A stretch of DNA of 64,000 bases. It comes from Macrostomum hystrix (Eukaryota > Animalia > Platyhelminthes). Shown here in pieces: positions 48,195-61,539 of the stretch. Numbering within the stretch: the stretch's first letter is position 1; each line of letters begins with the position of its first letter. The notes under the pieces are model-generated. The model made no database searches, was not told the DNA's origin, and was given only the letters and a program-made list of their open reading frames with translations. The stretch spans positions 14,632,001-14,696,000 of the forward strand of contig CATNEN010000001.1 of the NCBI GenBank assembly GCA_950097015.1, read 5' to 3'. Both the position numbers and the translations under genes were made by a program.

Positions 48195-49886
48195 GTATCC
48201 AAGCAGTGTACTAATGATTCCACCTTTACTTGTGCTTATAATTGAAGTCAAGCGCTGCCTTGTAAATTCACTCTGCACCTACTTTTTTGTGGTGCTGTGA
48301 AGCGTTAAGTTTAAAAGCGCTAAAATTAATGCCAGTAAGCCCAAATTTTGGACACATTTCTTTCAACTAGCAAAATATTTACTGGTCACTTTGCACATGC
48401 AATTCAATGTGCTGTGAAGCGCTACATTTTAAAGCGCTAATTTCATGAGCCCATGTGTCAGCCTTCTCGCGGCGGACTCGTTGAGCGTGAATAAAATCTG
48501 CTTACTATCGTGCGCTGCCAATCTTACCGTGCATGTTTGCACTATCCAGCGGACTAACAGTGTACTTAAGTTAGCTGTTTTTTTTCGTGGGACTAATGAC
48601 ACTAAAAATTTCGTTCGTTTATCAGCTTTTCCGTTCAATTCCGTTTTATTATTATTATTATATAGCTCACAGTTTCATTGTCTGTCAAATGAATGGAGGG
48701 GCTCCTGAACAGTGTTTCGCGTTTCCGTTTTTTCATTGCTTGTTTTTTAGATGCGCTTTCTTTCTGCTCGTTAGTTGGCTGTGCAGGGAACAGCTAGGAC
48801 AAATGGAGATAGATGTGCATTTGAGAATAGACTGCCTGCTTTATACAATTATATGCATAGTAGATCAATGTCGTTATTAGCGTTCACGGCTTCATTTAGG
48901 GTCAAGCTTTAATTGTCAACGTTTCAAACTTAAATCTCGAAAAAATTTCAGGCCAGCATCACTTCCATTGAAAGTTGATAACACCCCCCAACATTCACGC
49001 CGCGATTACGTGTCTTCAGTGCCACTGGAGTGGCAGGGCATCAGGTTTTAAACAGCATTGCCGCCGAGCTGATCCGTACCCATCTGAAAAGCGAATCGAC
49101 GCCAACCTTCGCTATTGTCGCCTACAACATAAGCTGGAGTTTTATCCGATTATTTATCTCTGTCCATATTGATCTACTATCACTTCGAGCTTCGATACGC
49201 ACATGCTCATTCACAATCGCGGGAAAAGAGGAGGCATACAATCATCATCACGACTGAGGACTTCAAAGCTGCTAACCTTGCTGCATTAAGTTTCATTGAC
49301 GAGCTACGCAACATCGCTGTTGGTGGTAAAACTTGCGGTACTCCTGCCAACGAAATATCGCCGGCTCTTCCAGCAGCTGGTTAACCTACGAGTGCTCATT
49401 CAGTTGATTTAAATCCACAGGTGCCTGGGGCCCAAGACTACAGTTGTAATCAACGCTCCGCTGCAGCTTTAAGCTACAATTCTGATGTCAACATGATGAC
49501 GTGCGCGATGTCAACATGACGTGCGCGAGCATTCAACACAATGGAAATGACGATCCATTCCATTTTTTGGTGGTGCTTCTGGTCTTTCGACCATTGTGGC
49601 CAATCTTTGAAGAAGCATCTTGCTAACGCTATTTTAGCTTTTAGAAATATTTGCACAATTAAAGGTACATGGCTACGCCCTTCTACGCCTTTAGCCTTGT
49701 CTAATGTCATTTTGAAGCATTCATAATTGCTTCATATGCGTTTATATACATACAAGTGTCAATGCTCATATGCGTGTGTACACCTTTTGTGTCTGCTCGC
49801 CTGCAATCCTACTTGTGCATGTGTTTGACTTACCTATAGTCATTACACTTAGCTAGAGTAATTTAGCCCAGGTGTGGCAGCAATAG

Positions 49887-50160
49887 TCAGAGGAGAGCTA
49901 GAGTCAGACTGCACAGAATATGTTCCGATGACTAAAGTATTCAGTTTTTCCTGGTAGTCATGCAATTTCTTGGATGGTCAGAGGAGAGCTAGAGTCAGAC
50001 TGTTCAGAATATGTTCCGATGACTAACTTATTCAGTTTTCCCTGGTAGTCATGCAATTTCTTGGATGGTCAGAGGAGAGCTAGAGTCAGACTGTTCAGAA
50101 TATGTTCCGATGACTAACTTATTCAGTTTTCCCTGGTAGTCATGCAATTTCTTCAATGGT
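49887..50160. repeat. ~91-bp tandem repeat, 3 copies
   Basis: gtcagaggagagctagagtcagactg... at 49887, 49977 and 50068. Confidence 0.95.
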
Positions 50161-51859
50161 CGTGCTCCCTTGCAAACGAGCAGCGGAGTGAGAGAAGAGA
50201 GTTCTGAAGTTCTAAACGCGTTTAACAATGATAAAATCTCAAACTCTAATTACTGCTTTCTTTCTGTGCGTGCACTCTAGTGTTTTTACGTGAGGGTCTG
50301 TACTTTGTTCAATTAATGTTTCTGTCTAACTAGGACTTTTCACCTATTCTTTTCCGTGTCAAACTTCGGGGAAAATACATAAGCAAATTTATCTAAACAT
50401 ATCAGCGCATCTCATTTGCAAAAATTGTGCCGCACAGGCACAGCATAGGTGACCTGCTGCAAGGTATACTGACTAAAAATATTATTATGTTATTATTATT
50501 ATTACTTCTTTCTTGGAATCACAGGGTGAGGTGACAGAGGAGAGAGTGAGGGCACAGAGAGGAGAGGGTGAGGTGACAGCTTTTGGGCACCTATTGTCGT
50601 TTAGGAAAATTCAAGAAACCAACAATTGGTGCCACGCTTGGCCTTAACTGCATGCGTTTCGCACCACACAGACTACTTAATTACTATTGTAGTCAGAGTT
50701 ATAAACTTAAACTGGAGCTTGTGGGCACCTATATTTCGGACAAACGCACGTCGATAGAGCATGCCTAGAGCTTTCTAACGACACCAAGATCGTCGATAAA
50801 TACCCACCGGAAGGCTGTCAAATGATGTCTAGAGTGTCAGAGGTACCTCCTAATGGATTGCACTATGAGTAGATTATGACGCTTTACTAGACCGGCTGCC
50901 AGCAGACAACGAATGCAGATCTATCGACGCAATAAGCGACATCCGACGCGCCATTTATTGGCCTACCAGACGACATCAGTCTCATCTCTCTAAATATAGC
51001 GGTTCTCAAATGGGGTCCCCTTAAAGTCGGTACACCCCTGCCTGGCAAGACAAGGCAATCAGACAAATTTGATCGATGGGGGTACCACTGACAAAAGTGA
51101 TTTCGTGATTCCCCATAATTTTGATGGATTTCGATGGGATTTGATGTCCCGTAGTCTGGGATAGACGTAGAAGAGATCCCCGTCGAAAACCGGGGTCTAA
51201 AAGACAGCCTGCGGCCTCAGAATGTCAACAGTGTATCGCCCCTGTGTATTTCGTTAAATTTTCTAGGTGTCTTTCCAGGATAATAAGTTCGAGTAGAAAT
51301 CATTTGAAATCATGAAACCAACTCAGTCGTGTAGGAAATCATTTCTAGATTGATTTTCAATTGATTCCGACTCGATAAATTGTGCTCGAATCTCTTGGGA
51401 CACAAACGACAGTCATATACTATTTACTGTAGTACGAATGGATACCGTTTAAAATATGAATCCATTGGAAGGTGGGAAACTTCCAAAACATTGAATTGCA
51501 CAGGGTGGGAAACTGAACAGAACAGGTGAACACTGTCTAACAGAATGCAGGCGCATCACTGATCTAGACCACAGGTCGAAGAGAGGTAGCCACGTGGCTA
51601 GTGCACTAGGCAGAATTGCACAATAAGAGTCAGCAGCTGCCGTCAGACACAGGTTAATCCTGGAATGGTGCAGGCTTTAGCACAATATATTATTAATTTC
51701 GAATCAAAGTGAATGAAGTACTGCGATAAAATGACTCCGTAGCTTCGCTGTTAGCAAAGGAAAGAAGATTGAAGGCAACACAATTATCCAAAAAGGGCAT
51801 CCGGCCATCATTGACATTGACATTATACTTCTGCTAAAGTCTGCTATCGGCCCTGCGGA

Positions 51860-52105
51860 CACACCAGATCAAACATGACACACCAGATCAAAAATGACAC
51901 ACCATATGATAAAATGGCACATTATACGACAAAATGACACAAGAGAACAAAATGGCACACTAAATTATAAAATGGCACACGAAAATAACAAAGTGGCACA
52001 CAAAAGAACAAAACACATTAAAGAACAAAATGACCCACCAAAATGACAATAAAATGGCACATTAGATGACAAAATGACACATCAGAGAGTAAAATGGCAT
52101 GGCAC
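51860..52105. repeat. Degenerate ~21-bp repeat (aaaatg(a/g)cac core)
   Basis: About 11 copies. Confidence 0.8.
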
Positions 52106-52325
52106 AGTTCAGAACTTTAGAAAAGCCAAAAATGACCGACGCGTCGCTCGCAGGACATTTAAGATGATGTCAGGCACACGATAGGACTAAAGTGGCATGT
52201 GAAATATTAGGTTTGAATAAAAACATTCAACGAAAATCCTCTCAGATTATAATACCAGTGTACATTCCACTCGATTCATGCTCGTAAAACATCAGCATTT
52301 TCGGCATTCGGCATACACATAAACT

Positions 52326-52572
52326 AATCTTCGGCTGAATATGCGGACTTTAAATTAATTAATTCAATTATAAATATTTATATTTATATATAATATTCAA
52401 TATAATATTCAACTATATAATCATCTATAAATAATCAACTATAAATCAACTATATAATCAACTATAAGTAATCAACTAATAATCAACTATAAATATTAGA
52501 ATATTATACAAAGTTGAATACAAAGTCAACTTAAAATTCCCCATTTTAAGTCCGCACATTCAGCCGAAGATT
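52326..52572. mobile_element. MITE-like fold-back: ~30-bp inverted repeats around an AT-rich (atcaactata) spacer
   Basis: aatcttcggctgaatatgcggactt / aagtccgcacattcagccgaagatt. Confidence 0.6.
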
Positions 52573-52624
52573 GCCTGATCTTAGGCGTCTCAGTCTTATA
52601 ACCAATCTTTGCTCCGCGACACGC

Positions 52625-52656
<32 letters not shown>

Positions 52657-54760
52657 AGCATCCACCATCTTCTGCAATTTTGCATTTTATGCATTAAATG
52701 CAATTTGAAATTACGAATAAATTTTAATTAGGAAAATAGAATTCCAACTAAGAAGTATGATTAAAGGAATAATTTTGAAAATTAGAATTATGATTGGGAG
52801 GCAATCAAAGTTGACAGTTTCCCCAAAGTAGAAATTTTTTTAAGTGAGCAATAACAATAATGTGTTGTAAGACATGCTCTGTGGAAGAGTTGGCCCATAT
52901 AAATTAGCATCGGAAAGTCATATAATTAAAGAGAGATTTTATACGACCGAGCAACAACAGTTACGTTATGAAACGACTTGCTTTCTAGGAAAGATGGTTT
53001 CTACACCGTATGTTATGAGGGACCATTTTAAACGTTTCGCGGTCAAACTATATAAAGACAAGGGTACGTTAAGTTATAAATTGCTTGTTTCACGGTATAA
53101 AAGCGAGGCATAATGTGAAAGTGGAGAATATTGAAATTTAGCATAATACAATATAAAGTAATGTGTAGAGCTGGACAAGTGTTACTGCTAATCACAGGCT
53201 TGGGGAGGCAGTATGAGTCTGTTGTTTGTTTTATGTTTGACTTGCACAGTCGAAGTGTTTAACTCAAACAATATGAATCTACTGCTCTCAACCCAGTGCC
53301 ACTGTCCTAACTTGTCAGCTCGGCTCATAGCTAATATGTGACCTGCTATGATCATCACTAAATGAATGCACCCACATTCCATTTATGTATTAAAATGTAG
53401 ACCTCTAATAGTAGGCCCCCTATAAGTTTCAGTGTATTATAAATAGTGAGCTATCCAAGCCTTTTTACATAGGCTACAGAATTTATGCTTATCTTAATAA
53501 GTCTTATCATTAGAAAAAAAACAGTATTGTGGGTCTATACGCATAGCTTATTGGCTGGCCACTCGTCATAATTGTATAGAAGCAATGCATTATTCTAAAT
53601 AAAATTGGGACCCAGGAATATAAATTCTTATTAAGATTTCCAAGCAACTACTGGGATATGGGATCTATGAGCTGGGAGCCTAGGATCAAGGACTAGTGTT
53701 GCCATTGCAGTTTGGCCTTTTTTCTGTAGCCCTAAAAAAATTCCGCAGGGCTTTATTCTATGATTGAATTGATAATTAGTGGAATATGTAATCCAAAGTA
53801 AACTAATTTACTATTGTATATCCAATTCCAAAAATGGTATTGTCAGTATGGTATACTTGCCAATTTTCACCCACTTCATAGGTCACAGATTTAAAAGAAT
53901 TGTGCTTTTAAATGAAATATCAAATAAAATGAGGGGCAGAAATAATAAAATTGGAACCAAAGTCTAACATCTGTCATCTATAGGGTAATGTATCATCAAC
54001 CCATACATGACATGTATCATTATACATGATACCATCAAATGTATCATGTATAATCTTATTTTGCCATATGAAGCGCTGTCAAAGTGTAAACTACAATTCT
54101 GTGTAAGCTAGAAGGATCGGAATTTGAGGGATGGGAATGTGAGTGAATAGGAATGGGAGGAAGGGAAAATGATCCCTGTGGCCCTGTGGCACTTGGGTGC
54201 CGCAGCCCCTCATGCAGCAGCTACATGAGTTTAATACTCTGGCACCATCTATTTGCTGCTGAGAATAGCTCACACAGGTGGGAAACATTGGCAACTAAAG
54301 AAATTTCTGCTACATCTTTTGATGCCATCCAAACAAAAATAACTGCCTATGTCCCATAGCTACTGAACTTGAGCTCTGAGTGAGCATGGTCAGGTTTATT
54401 AAATGTTTCTTGTTTTTTGGTGGGGTCACATTTTTCACATTGCTTGCATGGGGGGTAGGTTATCTAGGGAATATAAGATCTATGGACACTGACCTATTAG
54501 GACAGGCTTGGTAACCATTTTTATCTTGTAGGCCAAATAGAGATTTGAGCACATGGCTCATGAGCACATGGAAGAAGTGTAAGCGTAAGTAGAAGAGTAC
54601 AAGCTCAGAGGGTGGAGAGCTAGGCTGCATTGGGTAGGTTTCGGGTTGGGTTGGGTTTGGTAGATTTGGGGTAGATTTAGTAATCCATACAAGTAAAGTA
54701 TGGGGTCGATATCTGCTCACCTACCTGCCTGTCTATCCTATCTGTCTGCCTGCTTGCCTG

Positions 54761-54922
54761 AGGGCACTGGTCCCCTCTATAACAGGGGGCACTGACCCCT
54801 CTCTAGCAGGGAGGACACTGATCACTCTCTAGCAGGGAGGGCACTGACCCCTCTAGCAGGGTGGGCACTGACCCCCTCTAGCAGGGAGGGCACTGATCAC
54901 TCTCTAGCAGGGAGGGCACTGA
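54761..54922. repeat. ~27-bp minisatellite (gggcactgaccccctctagcagggag)n
   Basis: About 6 copies followed by (ggtggc)n. Confidence 0.9.
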
Positions 54923-56278
54923 CGATGGCGGTGGCGTTGGCGGTGGCGGTGGCGGTGGCGGTGCCCGCCACATAAACAAATTATGTTTCTTGGAAATTAA
55001 CAAACATGATTCAAGGAAGTGTTGTACCAGTAAACTAACGGTGAGGTAGCTATAGCAGTATATGTAAGTTATAGGTGAGTTTGTCAGTTCAAATATTACC
55101 TGGCCTCTTTGGACACAAAAGAGTTTCTCTTTTCTAAGAATATACCAAAACTTTGCCACTTAATGGCTTTATTGTTTAAGAATTTGATTTTGATACTTGA
55201 TTTTCCTCATCAAATTCTTCAATATTTTATTGACTTTGGTAAGTTTAAATTTTACTCTAAAGTTGGGTAAAGTTTAGCACTTTACTATACAAATGATCTA
55301 ATATCATGTATATAAGGACAAATAATTTGGTTTCTGCATTAAAAAATTCGATTTTTATATAGAAATTAGATAGAAAGTCAGATACAACAAACAGTAGTAC
55401 TAATGTAGGATCACATTTATATATCATTTGTGTGAATTATCTATGTGAGTTTTTTGTAAACATTTGCTATTGCATAGCTATAGCTATGCCCTATGTGAAA
55501 CTTTAAAAAATTAAAGTCTCTGTTGAAGAGGACAGAACCTGTCAGAAGTAGCTAGTCCTATATGAATAAACTAATTTCATAGCTTAAATTTAGCGAATAT
55601 ATGTTTTATTTGGAATAAATGTTACAATTACAACCCTATTTGGCTAGAGGAATACTTTCAGTTTAAGGATGGAATAAATATTTATATTTAAACATAACTA
55701 GCTATAATCAGTGTTGCTCTTGTTGTCATAAACCACATTGAAAACATATGAACACATTTTTGTAATGGAGTGTGTGATTTTGATTTACGTGTAAAATATA
55801 ATAGATATTGTTAATTTTTTAACTGGAATTGGCTCTCTATTGTAAACATTTTATAATGCTCAAACACAAGGATCTCACCTTGTACAGTAGCAAAATAGCT
55901 GTATACAAAAGATTATCAGGCACACCAGATGGCATATTTGGATCTCAGATTTAAATAGTGAGTTGACAGCTGACCCTACCTATATTTTTATCCATTTTTG
56001 CCAAGAGAGGTTTCCAGAAGTGCCCATAGATTTTGAGTGCAAGGTATTCAAAGCTTTGGTCAATTTTTAAGACTTTAGCTTCACAGCACTATGTTAAATG
56101 CAAGTGGTTAAAATGAATACAGCACATAATAGCTATATCAATCTACATTAAAAAGCTTTCTACTGAGGCTTACAGCACTTCTAAAGAGTGCAATGTATAT
56201 TATCCTCATTGATTTTAATAGCACATCTATAAAGTGCTATTATACTGAACTGTTTTATTTAACAATTTGCAGTCTAGT

Positions 56279-57436
56279 CTATCTAGGAAAAAGATGGACT
56301 GTCCTACTGTTTGGCTGTTGTGAGATAACATGTTCTTCAGCAACACTTTGCTGTGTCATATGTGACAGGCTTGGTAATGAAAATTGTAAAGGTACCTGAG
56401 AAGGTACTTGAGACTCAGATGTAGGTATGGATATCTGTAATTCCTGTGGCAATGACATAGGGTAATAATTCTGCGAAAAATTCAGTGGACCCTGTACATG
56501 GGGACCATGGTATATAGGTAGGTGACTACGTATTACTTGATTTTGAGAACTTCTAAGTTGCTGCAAATTAATGTCTTGTAAATGAGCGTCTGGATTTTGT
56601 AATAATGTGTCAATACTATTGATATTTGAAGTAATATTGTTGAGACTGGTAATATCATTGACATTACTTTGTGATGCTTCTGCACTTTGACTACATTCTT
56701 CATTGAGGCTTATCTCAGCCTCAGCAGCATTGTCATTCTGCTGCGTAGCCACTATTGCAGAATCATTCCCATTTGCACTAGTACCTTGCATGCCAACAAG
56801 CAATGCTTGATTTTGGTTTGCCAGAGTACATTCTGTGCTAATTGTAGGTGCTACATTTCTCTCATTCCATTCTGAATGAGACCAAAATTTCACTTCACCA
56901 TGATCAGAAATTGCCGGAAATTGTGCAACACATTGCTGTTGGTTAATATTATGGGGTGAAGAGAAGTTGGGAATAAAACGTCCTGGCCCTTTCTTCTGAC
57001 CTGTAGCTAAATCAGAAGCTATAAGTGCCCATTGAATTGCACCAGAGTTGCCTGCCCTTTCATAAGCGTCCTTAGCTATTTTACTAAGCTCTTTGCGCAG
57101 GTAGACAACACCCTTTTTAATAATTTCTTCAAACTTTCCTTCTGTTTGAGGAAGCTGCTGCAAATTTTGAAGCCTGTGTTGGGCTTGCTTATCTGCTCTT
57201 ATAAAATCAACAATAGAACTACATGCTTCTTGGACCTGTCCACTCAAAGTGCCAGTGACATCTTTAGAACAGTGATAAATGGCTCTGTCATGTTCAGTAA
57301 TTCTAATAACAATGTAAGTTTCTTTATGTTTCTCCAAGTCCTGAATGATTCTTTTAATTGGGCGAGGTCGATTTTTGTCGTTCTTTTTTGCTATACTTAG
57401 ACCCTTATACTTCTCTAGCAATGCTGGAGTCCAAGC
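56279..57436 (-). CDS. Large exon of an uncharacterised accessory gene, convergent with the KDZ transposase
   Basis: 380-aa open frame with ttcag acceptor at ~57437; YLRKELSKIAKDAY...IQWALI...FSSPHNI followed by a Q/S/N-rich tail; a small upstream exon is likely at ~57664-57600. Confidence 0.6.
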   Translation of the reverse strand, partial: AWTPALLEKYKGLSIAKKNDKNRPRPIKRIIQDLEKHKETYIVIRITEHDRAIYHCSKDVTGTLSGQVQEACSSIVDFIRADKQAQHRLQNLQQLPQTEGKFEEIIKKGVVYLRKELSKIAKDAYERAGNSGAIQWALIASDLATGQKKGPGRFIPNFSSPHNINQQQCVAQFPAISDHGEVKFWSHSEWNERNVAPTISTECTLANQNQALLVGMQGTSANGNDSAIVATQQNDNAAEAEISLNEECSQSAEASQSNVNDITSLNNITSNINSIDTLLQNPDAHLQDINLQQLRSSQNQVIRSHLPIYHGPHVQGPLNFSQNYYPMSLPQELQISIPTSESQVPSQVPLQFSLPSLSHMTQQSVAEEHVISQQPNSRTVHLFPR

Positions 57437-60179
57437 TGAAATGAAGAGGTATATGATATTAAAAATATTTAAATGAGATTTTCACTACTAGGCTTTTGTC
57501 CAGAACTGCAAGAATTAAAAGTGAGGCTGTACAATTCTGAACAAAAACCAAGTTAGTGGGCGCAGAAATGTTAGAAATGCCTAATTCCTTTAAATCTTAC
57601 TGTATATAAAACACTAGCACAGCCCTTCTTTCGAAGAAATTCATTGCCGCTAGTAGGACCCATCTGAAATTAAGTTTTTTAGGAATTTGCAATCACATGT
57701 CTGTCACAAATAACATGAACTATTTACCTACTCTTCAATGGCAAAGTATATATTTTTGGAGAGTCTATAGGCATGTCAAGTAATACCATATTATAGGGCC
57801 ACAAAATAGTCAAGTTAGAAAATCCAAAACTGTAACATGTCACCATTGCTATTAGAAGGAAAAAGCATAAAAAAATTATGAAATACAATTTTAAATTCTT
57901 AACTTGAAAATTACTTCTACTTTGAAACAAATTCTTCAGGAATTATTTAGCATGGGCATGGTGAATTTTTCAGTCTTGGAATAGCTATTTAAGTATTCTA
58001 TAGGCGTATAGCTACCAGTGTGACTGATATATTCATTTCCTTGAAGGTACTCTTAACAGGCCCTAGTCACAACACATGCTGCACATTACTCTAGACTACA
58101 GTTCAGGGAGTATTTCGTTTTAAGAGTTGAAATCATAATGTATATAAATAGCCAAGTTTCAAATACCTACATATAGAAAGTAGTAGGGAATCTTGTTAGG
58201 AAATTGATTTTTTGACCTTATAGCCAACACATTTCACAAGCTTTGAGTTTTTTCAACTTTTAAAGAGGTAATCACAGTTTATTCAAGGTTTTCAGTTTTT
58301 GCACTAAATATTGATATTAATACATTTTCCACAAACATTTCCAGCCTGCCTTGCTTGCTGCCTGACTTTTCGCTTGTCAACATTATGGACTCTAATGGAC
58401 GACTAGGTCTTGGAATAGCTGAATTTTCTGCATGCTGTCAAACTGCCATTGTCTGGTTCTAGGCAAGCCTCAAGTGACTGCAATACTTTTGCGCTCAAAG
58501 CTAGCTACTGTCAGCCTGCAGCTCGACTCTTTGGACGAGCATATGAGTTAATATCTATAAAAATATTGATTGCTTTTCTGAAAGTTACAGTTCAATGTGA
58601 ATTCAAATGCAATGGCCCTCATTTTTTATAAACAGGTTTTTTGGCCTATATGGTCCCCTTCTATTAATGGTACATGCTAATACCAATAATTAAACGAGGA
58701 CTCGATTCCATGTGATTATCTTCTCAGATTCTCCTCTCTGCATCAGCCTCGAGGAGACATGCCCGCTATGGTCAGGCATTGTCCTTATATTTAACACACT
58801 GACTTTGACAAATAGAGGCTGTTCCTGTTTCTAGCTTTCAATTACATTCAAACTCTGCCGCTTTCCGCAGTGCTTTTTTGATCTGCTCTCTCTCCCGATC
58901 TCTTCGTGATTCCCCTTTTCTCTTCGTCATTGCCCTTTTCTCCTGCACCAGATGCAGAGTAAAAACGACTGACAGTTGATACTACTCCTCATCTAGTAGT
59001 CTGTGTCGCAACTTTTCTGTATTGGTTTGACTGAAATATTCACTTCCTTGAAGGCACTCTTAACAGGTCAAAGTCACAGGCCACAGGGCATGCTACATAT
59101 TTCTCCAGGCTGTAGGTGTGGGTGCACTTATTAAGAGTTGGACTATCTTAGATTTGACACCTTGATCTGAATGGCGTAGGCGAGGGGGTCATACTAGCTA
59201 CTAGTAGCCGAACACTATTAGTATGGGTTACCAGAAATCTGCCTAACACAGGGGAAATAAGAGAGCGTGCATTTGGATGGGAGAGGGTGGCCTATCCTCT
59301 GCATATAGGACAGGTGACGATCTATGTGGCTGAGGGGTTGGAGCCCCATTAGAATTAACCATCAGAATTCTGAGCACCAAAAATTAGCGAAAATTATCAG
59401 CATGAGCTTGCCGTGACACCCGAGACAGTAATGACCCCTGGAATGGATTTCTAGGCTATGTATGCCACTGTTTAGATCTGCATGAAAAGCTTGTTTAGCA
59501 GGTAGCATTAATGAGCTATTACTACTATTAATATTGATAGTAATATTGATAGTAATTGATAGTAATATTTATAATACCAGAAATTTCCAACTATGTACAT
59601 TATTATACAGCAGTAACAAATATGGATTGATTTTGACATGCCAGAAACTCTCACAATACATTATTTCAAATAGGAAAATATTAAACCGACATGGGCACCT
59701 AAACCTGACTTTCCTGTCAGTTCTTAGTTTCACTAACTAATTAAAAAAGGTTTCTATTTAACAATTCTAGCTAGTAATAGGGTATAGAATTACATTTGAA
59801 GTTTTGACTCGACGAGCTCTTTACTATTCGAGTTTTGGTGGGAAGAGAAAAATCGGTTCGTTCCCCTTTGTCCCCCGCTCAAATAGGGAAAATGGCACCA
59901 TTGTCTGGTTCGTTCCCAAGTTCGCGTAAACAACCCCTCCCAGCCAACCACGCTTCATCATGGGGTTTGTAGTTGAGGATGCGTATAGGGAGCTCATGAG
60001 CTGCATTCGTCTAGCCGGACTCATGGCACGGTGAGGTGACCTGGACTAGCCGTCTAATTTTTACCGTGAGCTGGGGCAGGCTAGTCCAGGGCCGTTAGGT
60101 GTTTTGTGCAGTCAAAGTTCCCGGCCAGGCGTGTAGACTGAGGGTCTGCAGCCCAGGCCATCACAGGCAGTTATTCTGC

Positions 60180-61330
60180 TTATTATTATTATTATTATTA
60201 TTAAAACGCGCACGCCATCTATGGGTGCTGATTTTTTTATATATATATTTTTTAACAACACATTTAAATGAACAACGAAAAGCAACATAAAAAGCGAAGT
60301 TAAGTAGGAATCAAATATCGAGCTGGGAAGGGAAAGCAAAGGTATTAAAAATAAGAGCAGTAAAAACACAAGGGACGCCAGGGATAAAACAAATTATGAA
60401 ATATCTATTGTTGAATGCTAGTAAAATCTCGTAGTCTCAGGGCAGCTGTTCCCTTATTTTAGATATTTCTATGATGTATTTTGCTAAAGCTTCAGCGGTT
60501 TCCCTATCGTCTTGAGCCATTATGTAGTTAGATTTTTCTTCTGCTGTTAAGGATATGAAATTGGGGGTTTTCCCAGAAACTTCCGTCTCAAATTTCGAAC
60601 GTACTGCGCTATACTTATTCCAAGTGCACTTAAAAAGGAAGTGGACCTCGTTTTCAACTTCTGTTTTGCACTTACTACATAATCTATTTGCATACGGAAT
60701 TTTCGGTCTCGCAGTTCGCAATGTTTCGCAAGCTAGCTTATGGTTTCCTAGTCTAAACGAGGCTATGGTACGTCTCCACTCCGGGTTGTATATTTGTTGT
60801 AAATATTTTTCGGCTGAATAATATTGCTTAAAGGAGTAATAGAAGTGACTTAGCTTGCTTGAGTTCTGTGTCCTTTGTCTCCAATGGGTATCGAACTGAG
60901 AAACGAAATTTTTCCTGTGGTTTCCAATTGCTTTTGCAGGACTAATGCCTCTGCAGTTCAGCATAACCTCATTGTTGGTCTTTGCTTTGATTCCAACATC
61001 ACTGTATGTTTGGTCCGCCAATAACTTGGAAATTATGGAGTCCGGCCGGCTTGTTATGGAGGCCCAGTACGAAATGCTTCTTTTCTGGATGTTGTATAAT
61101 AAAGGCAATCTGCCTAACTCCGAGCGGGCCCCGTTGCCATCCGTATTTTGGCTGACTTGTAGTATGGCTTTACAGCACCTGATGTTTACTCTTTCAAAAA
61201 GACAGCGGTCCCAAGGACCCAGGTTCCACGAGACAAAAGCCCCCCAGGCCTCAGAGGCGTACAGAGCTATGCTTTCTATCATTGCTGTGCAGTACAGCAT
61301 GAGCTGATTGTATCTGACCGCCCCATGGCT
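60180..61330 (-). mobile_element. 5'-truncated RTEX-like LINE, ORF2 C-terminus
   Basis: LYASEAWG, ARSELGRLPL, FRLGNHKLACET, RLCSKC...ENEVHFLFKC; (taa)n 3' tail at 60180-60203. Confidence 0.85.
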
Positions 61331-61539
61331 GGCTAATTCACAAATTGACAAATTGTGACAAACTCAATTTGTGCGGATATAGTATGTTCGTGAATGAACC
61401 AGTGAGTTATGAATAAATGAGAGCGTCTGTGAATGAATAAATCAGTGAGTCTGTGAGCAAATGAATGAGTGCGTCTATGATCTATGTCTATGACAAACGG
61501 CCTTCAGCAGCGAGTCTACACTTTTCTTCAACCCCTCCA

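Larger units (their letters stand above)
44542..60094 (+). mobile_element. Candidate ~15.5-kb KDZ (Kyakuja-like) DNA transposon with imperfect TIRs
   Basis: Left ggccgcgggctagcccgccccagctcatg versus reverse complement of right ggccctggactagcctgccccagctcacg; shared subterminal ggtgaggtga.ctgg.ctagccg modules; encloses the KDZ transposase. No TSD found. Confidence 0.55.

Noticed and set aside
59170-59470. Second hAT MITE (atggcgtag...tatgccactg)
   Set aside because: The ends resemble hAT termini, but no exact 8-bp TSD could be confirmed.
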